Origin: Eledone cirrhosa
Taxonomy: Eukaryota
Reading direction: 5' to 3'
Assembly (NCBI GenBank): GCA_964016885.1
Contig: OZ024766.1
Span: 11,904,001-11,968,000 of the forward strand
DNA length: 64,000 nucleotides
Shown here: piece by piece, positions 12,818 through 27,065 of the stretch
Layout of the letters: each line of letters opens with the position of its first letter
How positions within the stretch are numbered: position 1 is the stretch's first letter
The notes under the pieces: generated by a model
Database searches by the model: none
What the model was told of the DNA's origin: nothing
The model's input: only the letters and a program-made list of their open reading frames with translations
Program-made: the position numbers and the translations under genes

Positions 12818-15800
12818 ATATTAACAAATGGAAACTATATTTATAAAACCATATTTACTTCATTATACATATTTCAATGGCCACCATGGCAGATTATGGT
12901 GCGCTTTCATCAGATAAAATATAATATAGATTAGTTTTATAAATAAATATTGACATACCCAGACAAATGCAACCTTCATGGTCCCATTTGTTAATATATT
13001 GTATATTTACTCCAATAATTTGTTGAGTGCAATAATGCATATATTTATATGTATGAGTATATAAATATAAATGTGCAAACCCAAACACATTTACCGACAT
13101 ACATTTACACAAATACAAGCATACATCCACACAAACACACATACCTTTACACAAACACGCACATACACTCACACACAGCAACATTTTTTCACCAACCCCT
13201 TCCTTCCTTTTACACACACATATATACACATATGCTGAAGCATATAGACAATATGCCCCCATCCCCTTCCACTGTAAAGTGGTCGTGGAGATGCCACAGT
13301 AAAAAAGCACTCAACCCACACTGTAAAGTGGTCATGGAGGTGCCACAGTAAAAAAGCACCCAGGCCACACTGTAAAGTGGTCATGGAGGTGCCACAGTAA
13401 AAAAGCACCCAACCCACACTGTAAAGTAGTCGTGGAGGTGCCTCAGTAAAAAAGCACCCAGCCCACACTGTAAAGTGGTCGTGGAGGTGCCACAGTAAAA
13501 AAGCACCCAGTACTCACTGTAAAGTGGTCATGGAGGTGCCACAGTAAAAAAGCATCCAGCCCACACTGTAAAGTGGTCGTGTAGGTGCCACAGTAAAAAA
13601 GCACCCAACCCACACTGTAAAGTGGTCGTGTAGGTGCCACAGTAAAAAAGCACCCAACCCACACTGTAAAGTGGTCGTGTAGGTGCCTCAGTAAAAAAGC
13701 ACCCAGCCCACACTGTAAAGTGGTCATGTAGGTGTCACAGTAAAAAAGCATCCAGCCCACACTGTAAAGTGGTCGTGTAGGTGCCACAGTAAAAAAGCAC
13801 CCAACCCACACTGTAGAGTGGTCGTGTAGGTGCCTCAGTAAAAAAGCACCCAGCCCACACTGTAAAGTGGTCATGGAGGTGCCACAGTAAAAAAAGCACT
13901 CAACCCACACTGTAAAGTGGTCATGGAGGTGCCACAGTAAAAAAGCACCCAGCCCACACTGTAAAGTGGTCATGGAGGTGCCACAGTAAAAAAGCACCCA
14001 ACCCACACTGTAAAGTGATCGTGGACGTGCCACAGTAAAAAAGCACCCAGCACTCACTGTAAAGTGGTCGAGTAGATGCCACAGTAAAAAAGCACCCAAC
14101 CCACACTGTAAAGTGGTCGTGTAGGTGCCACAGTAAAAAAGCACCCAACCCACACTGTAAAGTAGTCGTGTAGGTGCCTCAGTAAAAAAGCACCCAGCCC
14201 ACACTGTAAAGTGGTCGTGGAGGTGCCACGGCAAAAAAGCACCCAGCCCACACTGTAAAGTGGTCATGGAGGTGCCACAGTAAAAAAGCACCCAACCCAC
14301 ACTGTAAAGTGGTCGTGTAGGTGTCACAATAAAAAAGCACCCAACCCACACTGTAAAGTGATCGTGGAGGTGCCTCAGTAAAAAAGCACCCAGCCCACAC
14401 TGTAAAGTGGTCGTGGAGGTGCCAAAGTAAAAAAGCACCCAGTACTCACTGTAAAGTGGTCATGGAGGTGCCACAGTAAAAAAGCACCCAGCCCACACTG
14501 TAAAGTGGTCATGTAGGTGTCACAGTAAAAAAGCACCCAACCCACACTGTAAAGTGGTCGTGTAGGTGCCTCAGTAAAAAAGCACCCAGCCCACACTGTA
14601 AAGTGGTCGTGGAGGTGCCACAGTAAAAAAGCACCCAGTACTCACTGTAAAGTGGTCATGGAGGTGCCACAGTAAAAAAAGCACCCAGCACTCACTGTAA
14701 AGTGGTCGTGGAGGTGCCACAGTAAAAAAGCACCCAGCACTCACTGTAAAGTGGTCGTGGAGGTGCCACAGTAAAAAAGCACCCAGCCCACACTGTAAAG
14801 TGGATGTGGAGGTGCCACAGTAAAAAAGCACCCAGCCCACACTGTAAAGTGGTCGTGGAGGTGCCACAGCAAAAAAGCACCCAGCCTTCACTGTAAATGA
14901 GGTTGGTGTTAGGAAGGGCATATCCAGCTGTAGAAATCAAGCCAGAACCAGTTCCCGTATGAGCAAGACAAGGTCAGCCGACCGGACACTGCCCACAACA
15001 GGACAACCTGTCTAACCCATGCTAGCGTGGAAGAATGGACGTAAAACGGCAATGATGATGATGATAATATATTGATGCAGGCAGCAGACGTAAAGGGGAG
15101 GAGTAGTATGAGGCCGCCAAACTACTCCCCTCTCTCTCTACATGTTGTGACAGACCCTCAAAACTTCATATGTACCTACCTTGATGGCGTACATTGGCCT
15201 ACCTTCATATGTGACACCATATTGTTTCAATGACACATGTTTGTATCTCCTCTCATAGCTCTTCAGGAGTTTCAGGATCTGGAGAAAAATATATGTAATA
15301 GTAGTAGTAGTGGTTGTAGTAGTAGCAGTGGTTGTAGTATTGTAGCGGTGGTTGTAGTAGTAGTAGTAGCGGTGGTTGTAGTATTGTTGTAGTGGTTGTA
15401 GTAGTAGTAATAGTAGTAATAGTAGTAGTAGCGGTGGTTGTAGTATTGTTGTAGTAGTAGTAGTAGTAGTAGTAGCAGTGGTTGTAGTATTGTAGCGGTG
15501 GTTGTAGTAGTAGTAGTAGTAGTAGTAGTAGCGGTGGTTGTAGTATTGTAGCGGTGGTTGTAGTATTGTTGTAGTGGTTGTAGTAGTAGTAGTAGTAGTA
15601 GCGGTGGTTGTAGTAGTAATAGTAGTAGTAGCGGTGGTTGTAGTATTGTTGCAGTGGTTGTAGTAGTAGTAGTAGTAGTAGCGGTGGTTGTAGTATTGTA
15701 GCGGTGGTTGTAGTATTGTTGTAGTGGTTGTAGTAGTAGTAGTAGTAGCGGTGGTTGTAGTAGTAGCGGTGGTTGTAGTATTGTTGTAGTGGTTGTAGTA

Positions 15801-18721
15801 GTAGTAGTAGCGGTGGTTGTAGTATTGTTGTAGTAGTAGTAGTAGTAGTAGCGGTGGTTGTAATATTGTTGTAGTGGTTGTAGTAGTAGTAGTAGCGGTG
15901 GTTGTAGTATTGTAGCGGTGGTTGTAGTATTGTTGTAGTGGTTGTAGTAGTAGTAGTAGTAGCGGTGGTTGTAGTAGTAATAGTAGTAGTAGCGGTGGTT
16001 GTAGTATTGTTGTAGTGGTTGTAGTATTGTTGTAGTGGTTGTAGTAGTAGTAGTAGTAGCGGTGGTTGTAGTATTGTAGCGGTGGTTGTAGTATTGTTGT
16101 AGTGGTTGTAGTAGTAGTAGTAGTAGTAGTAGCGGTGGTTGTAGTGGTGGTGGTAGAATTGTAGTGGTTGTAATTGAAGTGGTGGTAGCGGTGGTGGTAG
16201 TGTTGTAGTGGTGGTAGCGGTGGTGGTAGTATTGTTGTAGTGGTTGTAGTGGTAGTGGTGGTAGCGGTAGTGGTAGTATTGTTGTAGTGGTTGTAGTAGT
16301 AGTAGCGGTGGTTGTAGTGGTGGTAGCGGTGGTGGTAGTATTGTAGTGGTTGTAGTAGTAGTGGTGGTAGCGGTGATGGTAGTATTGTTGTAGTGGTTGT
16401 AGTAGTAGTGGTGGTAGTATTGTAGTGGTTGTAGTAGTAGTAGTGGTAGCGGTGGTGGTAGTATTGTAGTGGTGCTGGTAGTAGTGTCGGTGGTGGTGGT
16501 ATTGGTTGTCGTGGTAGTGGTGGTAATGGTAGTGCTGGTGATAGTGATAGTAGTGGTTGTAGTGATAGTGGTAGTAGTTGTGGTAGTAGTAGGAGTAGTT
16601 GTGGTAGTACTATTGTTGTAGTGGTTATAGTAGTAGTGGTGGTGGTGGTGGTGGTACTGGTTGTAGTGGTAGTGTTGGCAGTGGTAGTAGTGGTTGTAGT
16701 AGTAGTAGTAGTGGTGGTAGTATTGTTGTAGTAGTAGTGGTGGTGCTGGTAATGGTAGTGCTGGTGGTGGTGGTGGTAGTGGTTGTAGTGTTAGTGTTGG
16801 CTATGGTAGTGGTGGTAGTATTGTTGTAGTGGTTATAGTAGTAGTGGTGGTGGTGGTACTGGTTGTAGTGGTAGTGTTGGCAGTGGTAGCAGTGGTTGTA
16901 GTAGTAGTAGTAGTGGTGGTAGTATTTCCAGTGGTTATAGTAGTAGTAGTGGTGGTGGTGGTGGTACTGGTTGTAGTGGTAGTGTTGGCAGTGGTAGCAG
17001 TGGTTGTAGTAGTAGTAGTAGTGGTGGTAGTATTTCCAGTGGTTATAGTAGTAGTAGTGGTGGTGGTGGTACTGGTTGTAGTGGTAGTGTTGGCAGTGGT
17101 AGTAGTGGTTGTAGTAGTAGTAGTAGTGGTGGTAGTATTTCCAGTGGTTATAGTAGTAGTAGTGGTGGTGGTGGTGGTACTGGTTGTAGTGGTAGTGTTG
17201 GCAGTGGTAGTAGTCGTGGTAGTGGTGGTAGTAGTATAGTTGTAGTAGTAGTGGTGGTGGTGGTGGTGGTACTGGTTGTAGTGGTAGTGTTGGCAGTGGT
17301 AGTAGTGGTTGTAGTAGTAGTAGTAGTGGTGGTAGTATTTCCAGTGGTTATAGTAGTAGTGGTAGTGGTGGTGGTACTGGTTGTAGTGGTAGTGTTGGCA
17401 GTGGTAGTAGTGGTTGTAGTAGTAGTAGTAGTGGTGGTAGTATTTCCAGTGGTTATAGTAGTAGTAGTGGTGGTGGTGGTGGTACTGGTTGTAGTGGTAG
17501 TGTTGGCAGTGGTAGTAGTCGTGGTAGTGGTGGTAGTAGTATAGTTGTAGTAGTAGTGGTGGTGGTGGTGGTGGTACTGGTTGTAGTGGTAGTGTTGGCA
17601 GTGGTAGTAGTGGTTGTAGTAGTAGTAGTAGTGGTGGTAGTATTTCCAGTGGTTATAGTAGTAGTGGTGGTGGTGGTGGTACTGGTTGTAGTGGTAGTGT
17701 TGGCAGTGGTAGCAGTGGTTGTAGTAGTAGTAGTAGTGGTGGTGGTAGTATTTCCAGTGGTTATAGTAGTAGTGGTGGTGGTGGTGGTGGTGGTACTGGT
17801 TGTAGTGGTAGTGTTGGCAGTGGTAGCAGTGGTTGTAGTAGTAGTAGTAGTAGTAGTGGTGGTAGTATTTCCAGTGGTTATGCTGGTAGTGGTGGTAGTA
17901 GTAGTGGTGGTAGTACTTACAGAACTATACTGCAGAAATGTATCAGTTGGTGAATGTCCAAAATAGCCATTGTAGCCAATGGCTGTGTCGTTTCCCATAG
18001 ATGCCCTCTCCGCATCAATGGCCCTGAAGATATACAACACAAGTTATTGTATATGTACCATGTATATACACCATGTGTGTGTGTATATATAAATATATAT
18101 ATGTAGGAGGTGAGTTTTATCTGATGAAAACACAAATATTATTGCATGATGATGTTTGTTTTTGAAATGCGCATAATAAAATACATGGAACTCCTTTAAC
18201 CATCTTTTGATCTTATATTATAAATATATATATATATCTGTATATAGTTATGTAATAAACAACATAAAATAATTATTTCATTTACCACTGGTTTCTTGAA
18301 AGCAAACAAAATTTGCTTTCAGTCATCAGAATGAAAAAAATCCTGGTGTCTTTATTGACAGTGGATTTTAAAAACAAAAATATAATCTATATGAAAGTGA
18401 GGCTGGAAAAGGAAGAAGGAACGGAAAAAGAATAAGTATAAAAGTAAACACACATGCACACACACACACACACACACACATACACATACACACACACATA
18501 TACATACACACACACATATACATACACACACACACATATATACATATATATATGAAATATAAGAATCAAAGAACTGTTCAAAACATTATTGTGCTTACAT
18601 TATTGTGGCCATACTCGAAAACGAGTTGGCAGCCACCATATATACATATATATATATATATATATATGGTGGCTGCCAACTCGTTTTCGAGTATGGCCAC
18701 TACTTTATCTCTCTCTCTCTC

Positions 18722-18796
<75 letters not shown>

Positions 18797-19436
18797 GGTG
18801 GCTGCCAACTCGTTTTCGAGTACGGCCACTACTTTATATCCATGTAGGAGAACCCCTACCGATGCGCTGAACGAGTGTGACTTTTTAGTCCAGCCAGCGA
18901 CTTGAAAACTCTGGTACAAACACTACACTTGTGACAATTATTGACACATAGTGCTGGGCCCATGGTACCATGTGATGACAAGTGCAGAGAGATCTCCAGA
19001 TATAAAGCAATGCCTGTGTCGTGAAGCTTTTATAGTGAGCAAAGGCACTGCACAAAGCCAGTCCCACTCTCTTAACCAAGATGATATTTACCAAAATAAG
19101 AACAAGTCAACATCATTGGATACCATCAGGGTTGCAGGTGTTATATCAGAGTTTTCCTTCTCCTAGAATTCTGCCTTGACAAAGGCTAAGGGGTCATCTC
19201 TCCCGGTGATTTTGGATGGCTATTGACTCTTAAGAGCTCCTTTGCCCTTTGACAGGTTTTGTTTTTAGTCCTGCAGGATGTCCAAAGTCACCCTCCTCAC
19301 CAGGAAACCTTGGTGGGGTTGCCAGTTTAGTCGCCAACAACCCGACCATGAGACAGGTTGTACTGGGATACATGTTACCAGTAGCACCAACTGGTGACCT
19401 GACAAACATATATATAGTATATATATATATATATAT

Positions 19437-19503
<67 letters not shown>

Positions 19504-19704
19504 CATATATATATATATATACATGTATATATATATATATATTCACCAAGAAACCTTGGAGGGGTTGCCAGTTTAGTCGCCAACGACCCGACCATATATA
19601 TCTCTATATATCTATATATATATCTATATATATATATACATACACATACATATATACATATTCATACATACACATACACACAAATACACAAACACCCACA
19701 CATG

Positions 19705-19736
<32 letters not shown>

Positions 19737-22700
19737 CATACATATATACACACGTACATACACACATATCTGTATATATATAAAATTAAGTATGTGTGTG
19801 TGTCTGTGTGTTACCTATAGGGGCCTACATCTTACGACTGATTTTCATGTAACTTTACCGGCTCATAGATTAGTCATCGGGAAGTGTTTTCTATATATCA
19901 GCGTATCCTTTTTGTTTTATTCCGGGGTCATTCTGCAGATAATAATCGATAAGGGGCCACCTTTTTTTAGGTATCGAAAAATAAGATTTTTGGCTCTAGC
20001 TCCCACATTTTGCCACCAATTTCGTTCAAATTTTAAAGCAAAATAGAATTTATCATTGCACATCCTGTACTGGCTTTATATTTTACATTTGTTGTTCAGG
20101 GACGGCGTGGCAACCGCTTAAATATTAAAAAATACAACTTTTAGACTCAACTTTCCACTTTTTCGGCTCTAGCTCCCACATTAATCAACCTACTTTGTTC
20201 AAATTTTACACTACGCTAGATTTGATTATTTCACGTCTTAAAGAAGCTTTACATTTTGGATTTTTTGTTCAGGAACGGCTTGGCAGCCACTTAAATATTC
20301 GAAAATACTCCCTTTTCGCTCAAATTTCCACCTTTTCGGCTCTAGCTCCCACATTTTTCAACCGATTTCGTTCAAATTCGAAACTTCGGCTCCACCTCAC
20401 ACATAAATCAATTTATTAGGTTCAACTTTTATACTATGATAGAACCTATCATTGCACATCTTATAGATGGTCAAAGGCAAAACGATGGCCACTATCGTCG
20501 TCTGAGCTTTTAGTTGTGTATTTGAGAATTCATTGGTTTCCAATCAAGTAGCGTGAGGAAATTTGGCTTAGTGTTAGAGGTCATTACCTCCCTCTCCCAG
20601 CATGCCCCTTCGTCAGTCACCCGCGTTTCTCAGTGATAGAGGTCATCACCCCCCCCCCCCCCCACCGCATGGCCTGTGTGTGGTCATAGATGAGTCATCG
20701 AGAAGCAGTCGCTAAGATCAACACCTTTTCATCAAAGCAGATACTACCCAGGCAACGCTGGGTACTGCTGCTAGTATATGATAAATGTAATCTGAGTTTT
20801 TTGAATATTAATAATAATATTCGATTCGTTTGCAATTATGCAAACAAGCCTCAATTTTATAGCCATGTCAGTAGAATGAACTCTTCATTCTTGCTCTTGT
20901 GTTGGCATGTAAACAGAACTGCAGACACTAATGTTTCTGGGTGTTACCCTTCATCAGTACAGTTCACTATTCACCTGCCAAATGTCAGAGCTAGAGAAAA
21001 TATATATTTTTTAAAATATACATTTGATATATATATGTGTATATATCTATTTATATATAGAAAGAAATGAAGCTTGCATGCTCCAATGGATGTGTAATAG
21101 TAATGAGCGCGAACTGCGAAGCATAAACGAATTGAGAGAGAGACTAAGCATAAAAGGTATCAAATGTTGTGTTCTGGAGAGGAGATTGTGTTGGTATGGC
21201 CATGTTATGCGTATGAAGGACAACAGCTGTATAAAAAAGTGCAGGGCAATGAAAATTGATGGAAGCTACGGAGTGGGTAGACCAAGGAAAACCTGGGACG
21301 AGCTGATACTACTGACCTTGTTCACTTACACCTCTCTAAGATAATGTCACTGGATCGAGATCTTCGGCGCCCTGCAGTTGTAAAGAAGACCCGCCTTCCC
21401 TTGCATATAAACCTACAGTCAATAGGCACCTCTTAACCAAATATTACGCCCCACACAACCTACCCCACCCTCCCATTTCCGTCCACTGTGTCGGTGACAC
21501 AACAAAAAGCACCCAGTCCACACTGTAAAGTTGTCATGTAGGAGACATGGTAAAAAGACTCCCAGTCCACACTGTTAAGTGGTAGTGTAGGAGACACAGT
21601 AAAAAGGCTCCCAGTCCACACTGTAAGGTGGTCATGTAGGAGACACAGTATAAAGGCTCCCAGTCCACACTGTAAAGTGGTCATGTAGGAGACAATGTAA
21701 AAAGGCTCCCAGTCCACACTGTAAAGTGGTAGTGTAGGAGACACAGTAAAAGGGCTCCCAGTCCACAGTGTAAAGTAGTCATGTAGGAGACACAGTAAAA
21801 AGGCTCCCAGTCTGCACTGTAAAGTGGTCATGTAGGAGACACAGTAAAAAGGCTCCCAGTCCACACTGTAAAGTGGTCGTGTAGGAGACACAGTAAAAAG
21901 GCTCCCAGTCCACACTGTAAAGTGGTCATGTAGGAGACACAGTAAAAAGGCTCCCAGTCCACACTGTAAAGTGGTCATGTAGGAGACACAGTAAAAAGGC
22001 TCCTAGTCCACACTGTAAAGTGGTCATGTAGGAGACACAGTAAAAAGGCTTCCAGTCCACACTGTAAATGTGGTCGTGTAGGAGACACAGTAAAAAACCT
22101 ACCAGTCCACACTGTAAATGTGGCTGGTGTTAGGAAGGGCATCCAGCCGTAGAAAACCTGCCATGGACAGTCCTATATGAGTGAGACCATTCCCGCATCA
22201 AATGAAACAAAACCGTCTAACCCATGCTAGTGTGGAAGATGGACGTTAAACGATGACGATGATATGTGGGCGATGATGATAAGATATATGGGGGAATATA
22301 ATTGTTTCTACTTTAGGCACAAGGCCAGCAATCACCCAGTACATTACTGGTACTTTATTTTATCGACCCCGTAAGGATGAAAGGCAAAGTTAACCTCGGC
22401 GGGATTTGAACTCATAATTTAAATAATTGTTTCTACTTTAGGCACAAGGCCAGCATTCACCCAGTACATTACTGGTACTTTATTTTATCGACCCTGTAAG
22501 GATGAAAGGCAAAGTTAACCTCGGCAGATTTGAACTCAGAACGTAAAGGGCAATAACTCTATGCTGCAAAGCATGGTGTCTGACTCTCTACCGATACTGC
22601 CAAACCACTCTTAAAACTAATAATTGTTTCTACTTTAGGCACAAGGCCAGCAATCACCCAGTGTATTACTGGTACTTTATTTTATCGACCCTGTAATAAT

Positions 22701-23295
22701 TGTTTCTACTTTAGGCACAAGGCCAGCAATCACCCAGTACATTACTGGTACTTTATTTTATCGATCCTGTAATAACTGTTTCTACTTTAGGCACAAGGCC
22801 AGCAATCACCCAGTACATTACTGGTACTTTATTTTATCGACCCCCGTAAGGATGAAAGGCAAAGTTAACCTCGGCGGGATTTGAACTCAGACCGTAAAGG
22901 GACGTAACTCTGCTAGAAAGCATGGCGTCCAACCCTCTACCGATACTGCCAATTCACCAATGATGGTGATTATGATTATGATGATGATGATGATGATGAT
23001 ATATAAAACCTCTTACTTCTGAATATTATGTGAAAGTATCTCCACTTCAAGTCCTACAGCAGCCAGTATGGGTCTGACGGCTCTGAAAGTGCTCGGTGAT
23101 ACCAGGAATTCACTGGTGCGATTCACATATGAAGGACGGATCCAGAAATCAACCTATAGAAAATAGGGGATGAAACATCACAGTGGCTGGTAGTGTCTGT
23201 CTGTCTGTCTGTATGTCTGTCCGTCTGTCTGTCTGCCTGCCTGTATGTATGTATGTCTGTCTGTCTGTATGTATGTATGTCTGTATGTATGTCTC

Positions 23296-23342
<47 letters not shown>

Positions 23343-23463
23343 GCCTGCCTGTATGTATGTCTGTATGTATGTCTCTCAGTCTCTCTGTCTGTCTCTCTGT
23401 CTGTCTGTCTGTCTCTCTGTCTGTCTGTCTCTCTGTCTCTCTGTCTGTCTGTCTGTCTCTCTC

Positions 23464-23510
<47 letters not shown>

Positions 23511-23603
23511 GTCTGTCTGTCTCTCAGTCTCTCTGTCTGTCTGTCTGTCTGTCTCTCTGTCTGTCTGTCTCTCTGTCTCTCTGTCTGTCTGTCTGTCTCT
23601 CTC

Positions 23604-23662
<59 letters not shown>

Positions 23663-24029
23663 GTCTGTCTGTCTGTCTCTCTCTCTGTCTGTCTGTCTGT
23701 CTCTCTCTCTGTCTGTCTGTCTGTCTCTCTGTCTGTCTCTCTATCTGTCTGTCTGCCTGCCTGTCTGTCTGTCTCTCTCTCTCTGTCTCTCTGTCTGTCT
23801 CTCTGTCTCTCCGTCTGTCTCTCTGTCTGTCTCTCTCTCTGTCTGTCTGTCTGCCTGCCTGTCTGTCTGTCTGTCTCTCTGTCTGTCTCTCTGTCTCTCT
23901 GTCTGTCTCTCTGCCTGTCTCTCTGTCTGCCTGCCTGCCTGCCTGCCTGTCTGTCTGTCTGTCTGTTTGTCTGTCTCTCTCTGTCTGTCTGTCTCTTTGT
24001 CTGTCTCTTTGTCTGTCTGTCTGTCTGTA

Positions 24030-24060
<31 letters not shown>

Positions 24061-24061
24061 A

Positions 24062-24092
<31 letters not shown>

Positions 24093-26370
24093 AGAGGTCC
24101 CTGGCTTGGCAGTGCTACCGAGGAGCTCTACCGGTTCGTGACAAGATCTACAGGCACGGACGCCCCGGCAGGGATCCTTCCAAGAGGACGTGTCCAAGAT
24201 GCGTGCAGGACATTGAAACAGTCCTGCACGCAATTGTACACTGCCCGGGCGTAACCGACCTGTGGAACTATGCAGAACAACTGCTGTCGCGTATGGGACA
24301 AATCCAGTTGACTGCCGAGTCCATAGTAAGGATCAAACCGTCAACTTCTTACAAAAATGAAAGAGAGGTGGTTTTCCTCTGTACGGTGGCTATGGTGAAA
24401 GAAGTTATATGGTGGACGAGGTTGAGAGGACTGAGGACAGATGCCTTTCTCTCCGGACAACAACTCATTCCCTTCTTTAGGTACCACTTTAGAAGGAGAA
24501 TCAGAGTGGAGAGAGAGGCACTGCACCCCAGTAAATTTACTGAAAGGTGGGTGAATGTGGCAAAAATGGCCCCAGTGATTGGGCCTTCTCTGTATATAAA
24601 CCTGTAGGTTGAAGAAGAGAGCAAAAGGAAGAAAGGAGCACTTGCACAACACGCTCCTGGAGTTGAGGGTTGTTCTATCTACGGGGTATAAAACAACCCA
24701 TTTGTGGCACCTCCCCCCTATTGGGGATTTCGATTGTTGTAATTGTTTGTTTCAATATTTTTACATGACTGTATGTAAAATCCCCGGCATGTGTCTTTGT
24801 ATTGTCCCCTTTTCTTGTGCGCCCTTGTGGCTAATAAAGAAATATATCTATCTAGACAGAGAGAGATAGTTGGAGAGATACACAGATAGATAGAGAGACA
24901 GGTAGACAGATAAATAGATAGAAAGACAGACAGACACAGACAGTTAAATAGATAGATAGGCAGATAGATAGATGTTTCTTTATTAGCCACAGAGGCACAA
25001 AAGAAGGGGACAAATACAAAGGGGGAAGTTTACATACAATAAAAACGTGTAAAATACTATCACAAATGTAATTGAAAAATTAATTGATTTTCCCCAATAG
25101 GGGGAGACATTACATATGGGTAACACATACCCCTGAAAAAATGTGCAACCCTCATCTCCAGGAGTACGAAGAGTGAGTACCCCTTTCCTCTCTTCCTCTT
25201 TTTCCTCAATCTACAGGCTGATATAGAGAGAAGGCCCATTCTCGCCACTTTCACCCACCTTTCATAAAACTTGCTGGGGTACAGCACCTCTCTCCATCCT
25301 GATTCTTCTTCCAAAGTGGTATTTGAAAAAGAGAATCAGTTATATATATATACAGAGAGATAGATAGATATATTTCTTTATTAGCCACAAGGGCGCAACA
25401 AGAAAAGGGGACAATACAAAGACATGCCGGGGATTTTACATACAGTCGTGTAAAAAATATAAAAACAAACAATTACAACAATCGAAATCCCCAATAGGGG
25501 GGAGGTGCCACAAATGGGTTGTTTAATACCCCGTAGATAGAACAACCCTCAACTCCAGGAGTGTGTTGTGCAAGTGCTCCTTTCTTTCTTTTGCTCTCTT
25601 CCTCAACCTACAGGTTTATATACAGAGAAGGCCCAATCACTCGGGCTATTTTCACTTCATTCACCCACCTTTCAGTAAATTTACTGGGGTGCAGTGCCTC
25701 TATCTCCACCCTGATTCTCCTTCTAAAGTGGTACCTAAAGAAGGGAATGAGTTGTTGTCCGGAGAGAAAGGCATCTGTCTTCAGTCCTCTCAATCTCGTC
25801 CACCATATAACCTCTTTCACCATAGCCACCGTACAGAGGAAAACCACCTCTCTTTCGTTTTTAAATAAAGGTGGCAGTTTTATGCTTACTATGGACTCGG
25901 CAGTCAACTGGATTTGTCCCATACGCGACAGCAGTTGTTTTGCATAGTTCCACAGGTAGGTTACGCCCGGGCAGTGTACAATTGCGTGCAGGACTGTTTC
26001 AATGTCCTGCGCACATCTTGGACACGTCCTCTTGTAAGGGTCCCTGCCGGGGCGTCCGTGCCTGTAGATCTTGTCACAAACCGGTAGAGCTCCTCAGTTG
26101 TACTGCCAGGCCAGGGACCTCTGGAAGTTGTCCATAGGTCCCGGGCGGAAAGTCCTACCAAACAGACTGGTGAGCTCATCGTCTTCAACGCCCAGAGTCT
26201 CTCCGAGCACGTCGTCGCCCTTGTAACGTACAATCCCTAAATAGAATGTCGAAGTGGAGTCTCCACTGATTGCTGCGCCGGCTTGCCAGAGGACTGTGAG
26301 CTCCTGAACGCATAGAGAGATAGATAGACAGATAGACAGATGGATAGATAGATGGATAGATAGATAGATG

Positions 26371-26409
<39 letters not shown>

Positions 26410-26743
26410 GGTCAGATAGATAGGTCTGATGGACAGACAAAGAGACAATAATAGAATATATGTGGTACTTACATCAAAATTGTTTTCCTTGGTGAACAGG
26501 TTGAGGGTTTGTAACTGTGCCTCAGTCTGGGGCACTACTCTTAGCAGATGGTAACTGGAAGAAGAAGAGATATACAGAGGCACTGTGGTGTGGGTGAAGT
26601 CGGTGTTTATATATATATATATATATGTGTGTCTCTCTCTCTCTCTCTCCCTCTCTCTCTCTCCCCCTCTCTCTCTCTCTCTCTCCCCCCCTCTCTCTCT
26701 CTCTCTCACTCCCCCCTCTCTCTATCTCTCTCTCTCTCTCACT

Positions 26744-26774
<31 letters not shown>

Positions 26775-26804
26775 ACCCCCCCCTCTCTATCTCTCTCTCT
26801 CTCA

Positions 26805-26869
<65 letters not shown>

Positions 26870-26979
26870 CCTCTCCCCCCCCTCTCCCCCCCTCTCTCTC
26901 TCTCTCACTCCCCCCCTCTCTCTCTATCTCTCTCTCTCCCCCCCTCTCTCTCTCTCAATCTCTCTCTCTCTCACTCCCC

Positions 26980-27014
<35 letters not shown>

Positions 27015-27018
27015 ATCT

Positions 27019-27065
<47 letters not shown>

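Noticed and set aside
13270-14895. 49-bp array as CRISPR, or a 331-aa repeat protein (13443-14438)
   Set aside because: No spacers; the unit is a retroelement UTR module and the ORFs are by-products of the periodicity.
16829-18040. Poly-Val and poly-Thr ORFs
   Set aside because: Trinucleotide-repeat artefacts; only 17921-18023 is a real exon.
23183-24091. (SVCL)n N-terminus of the 474-aa ORF
   Set aside because: (TCTG)n microsatellite; only the Tx1-derived part after 24092 is protein-like.
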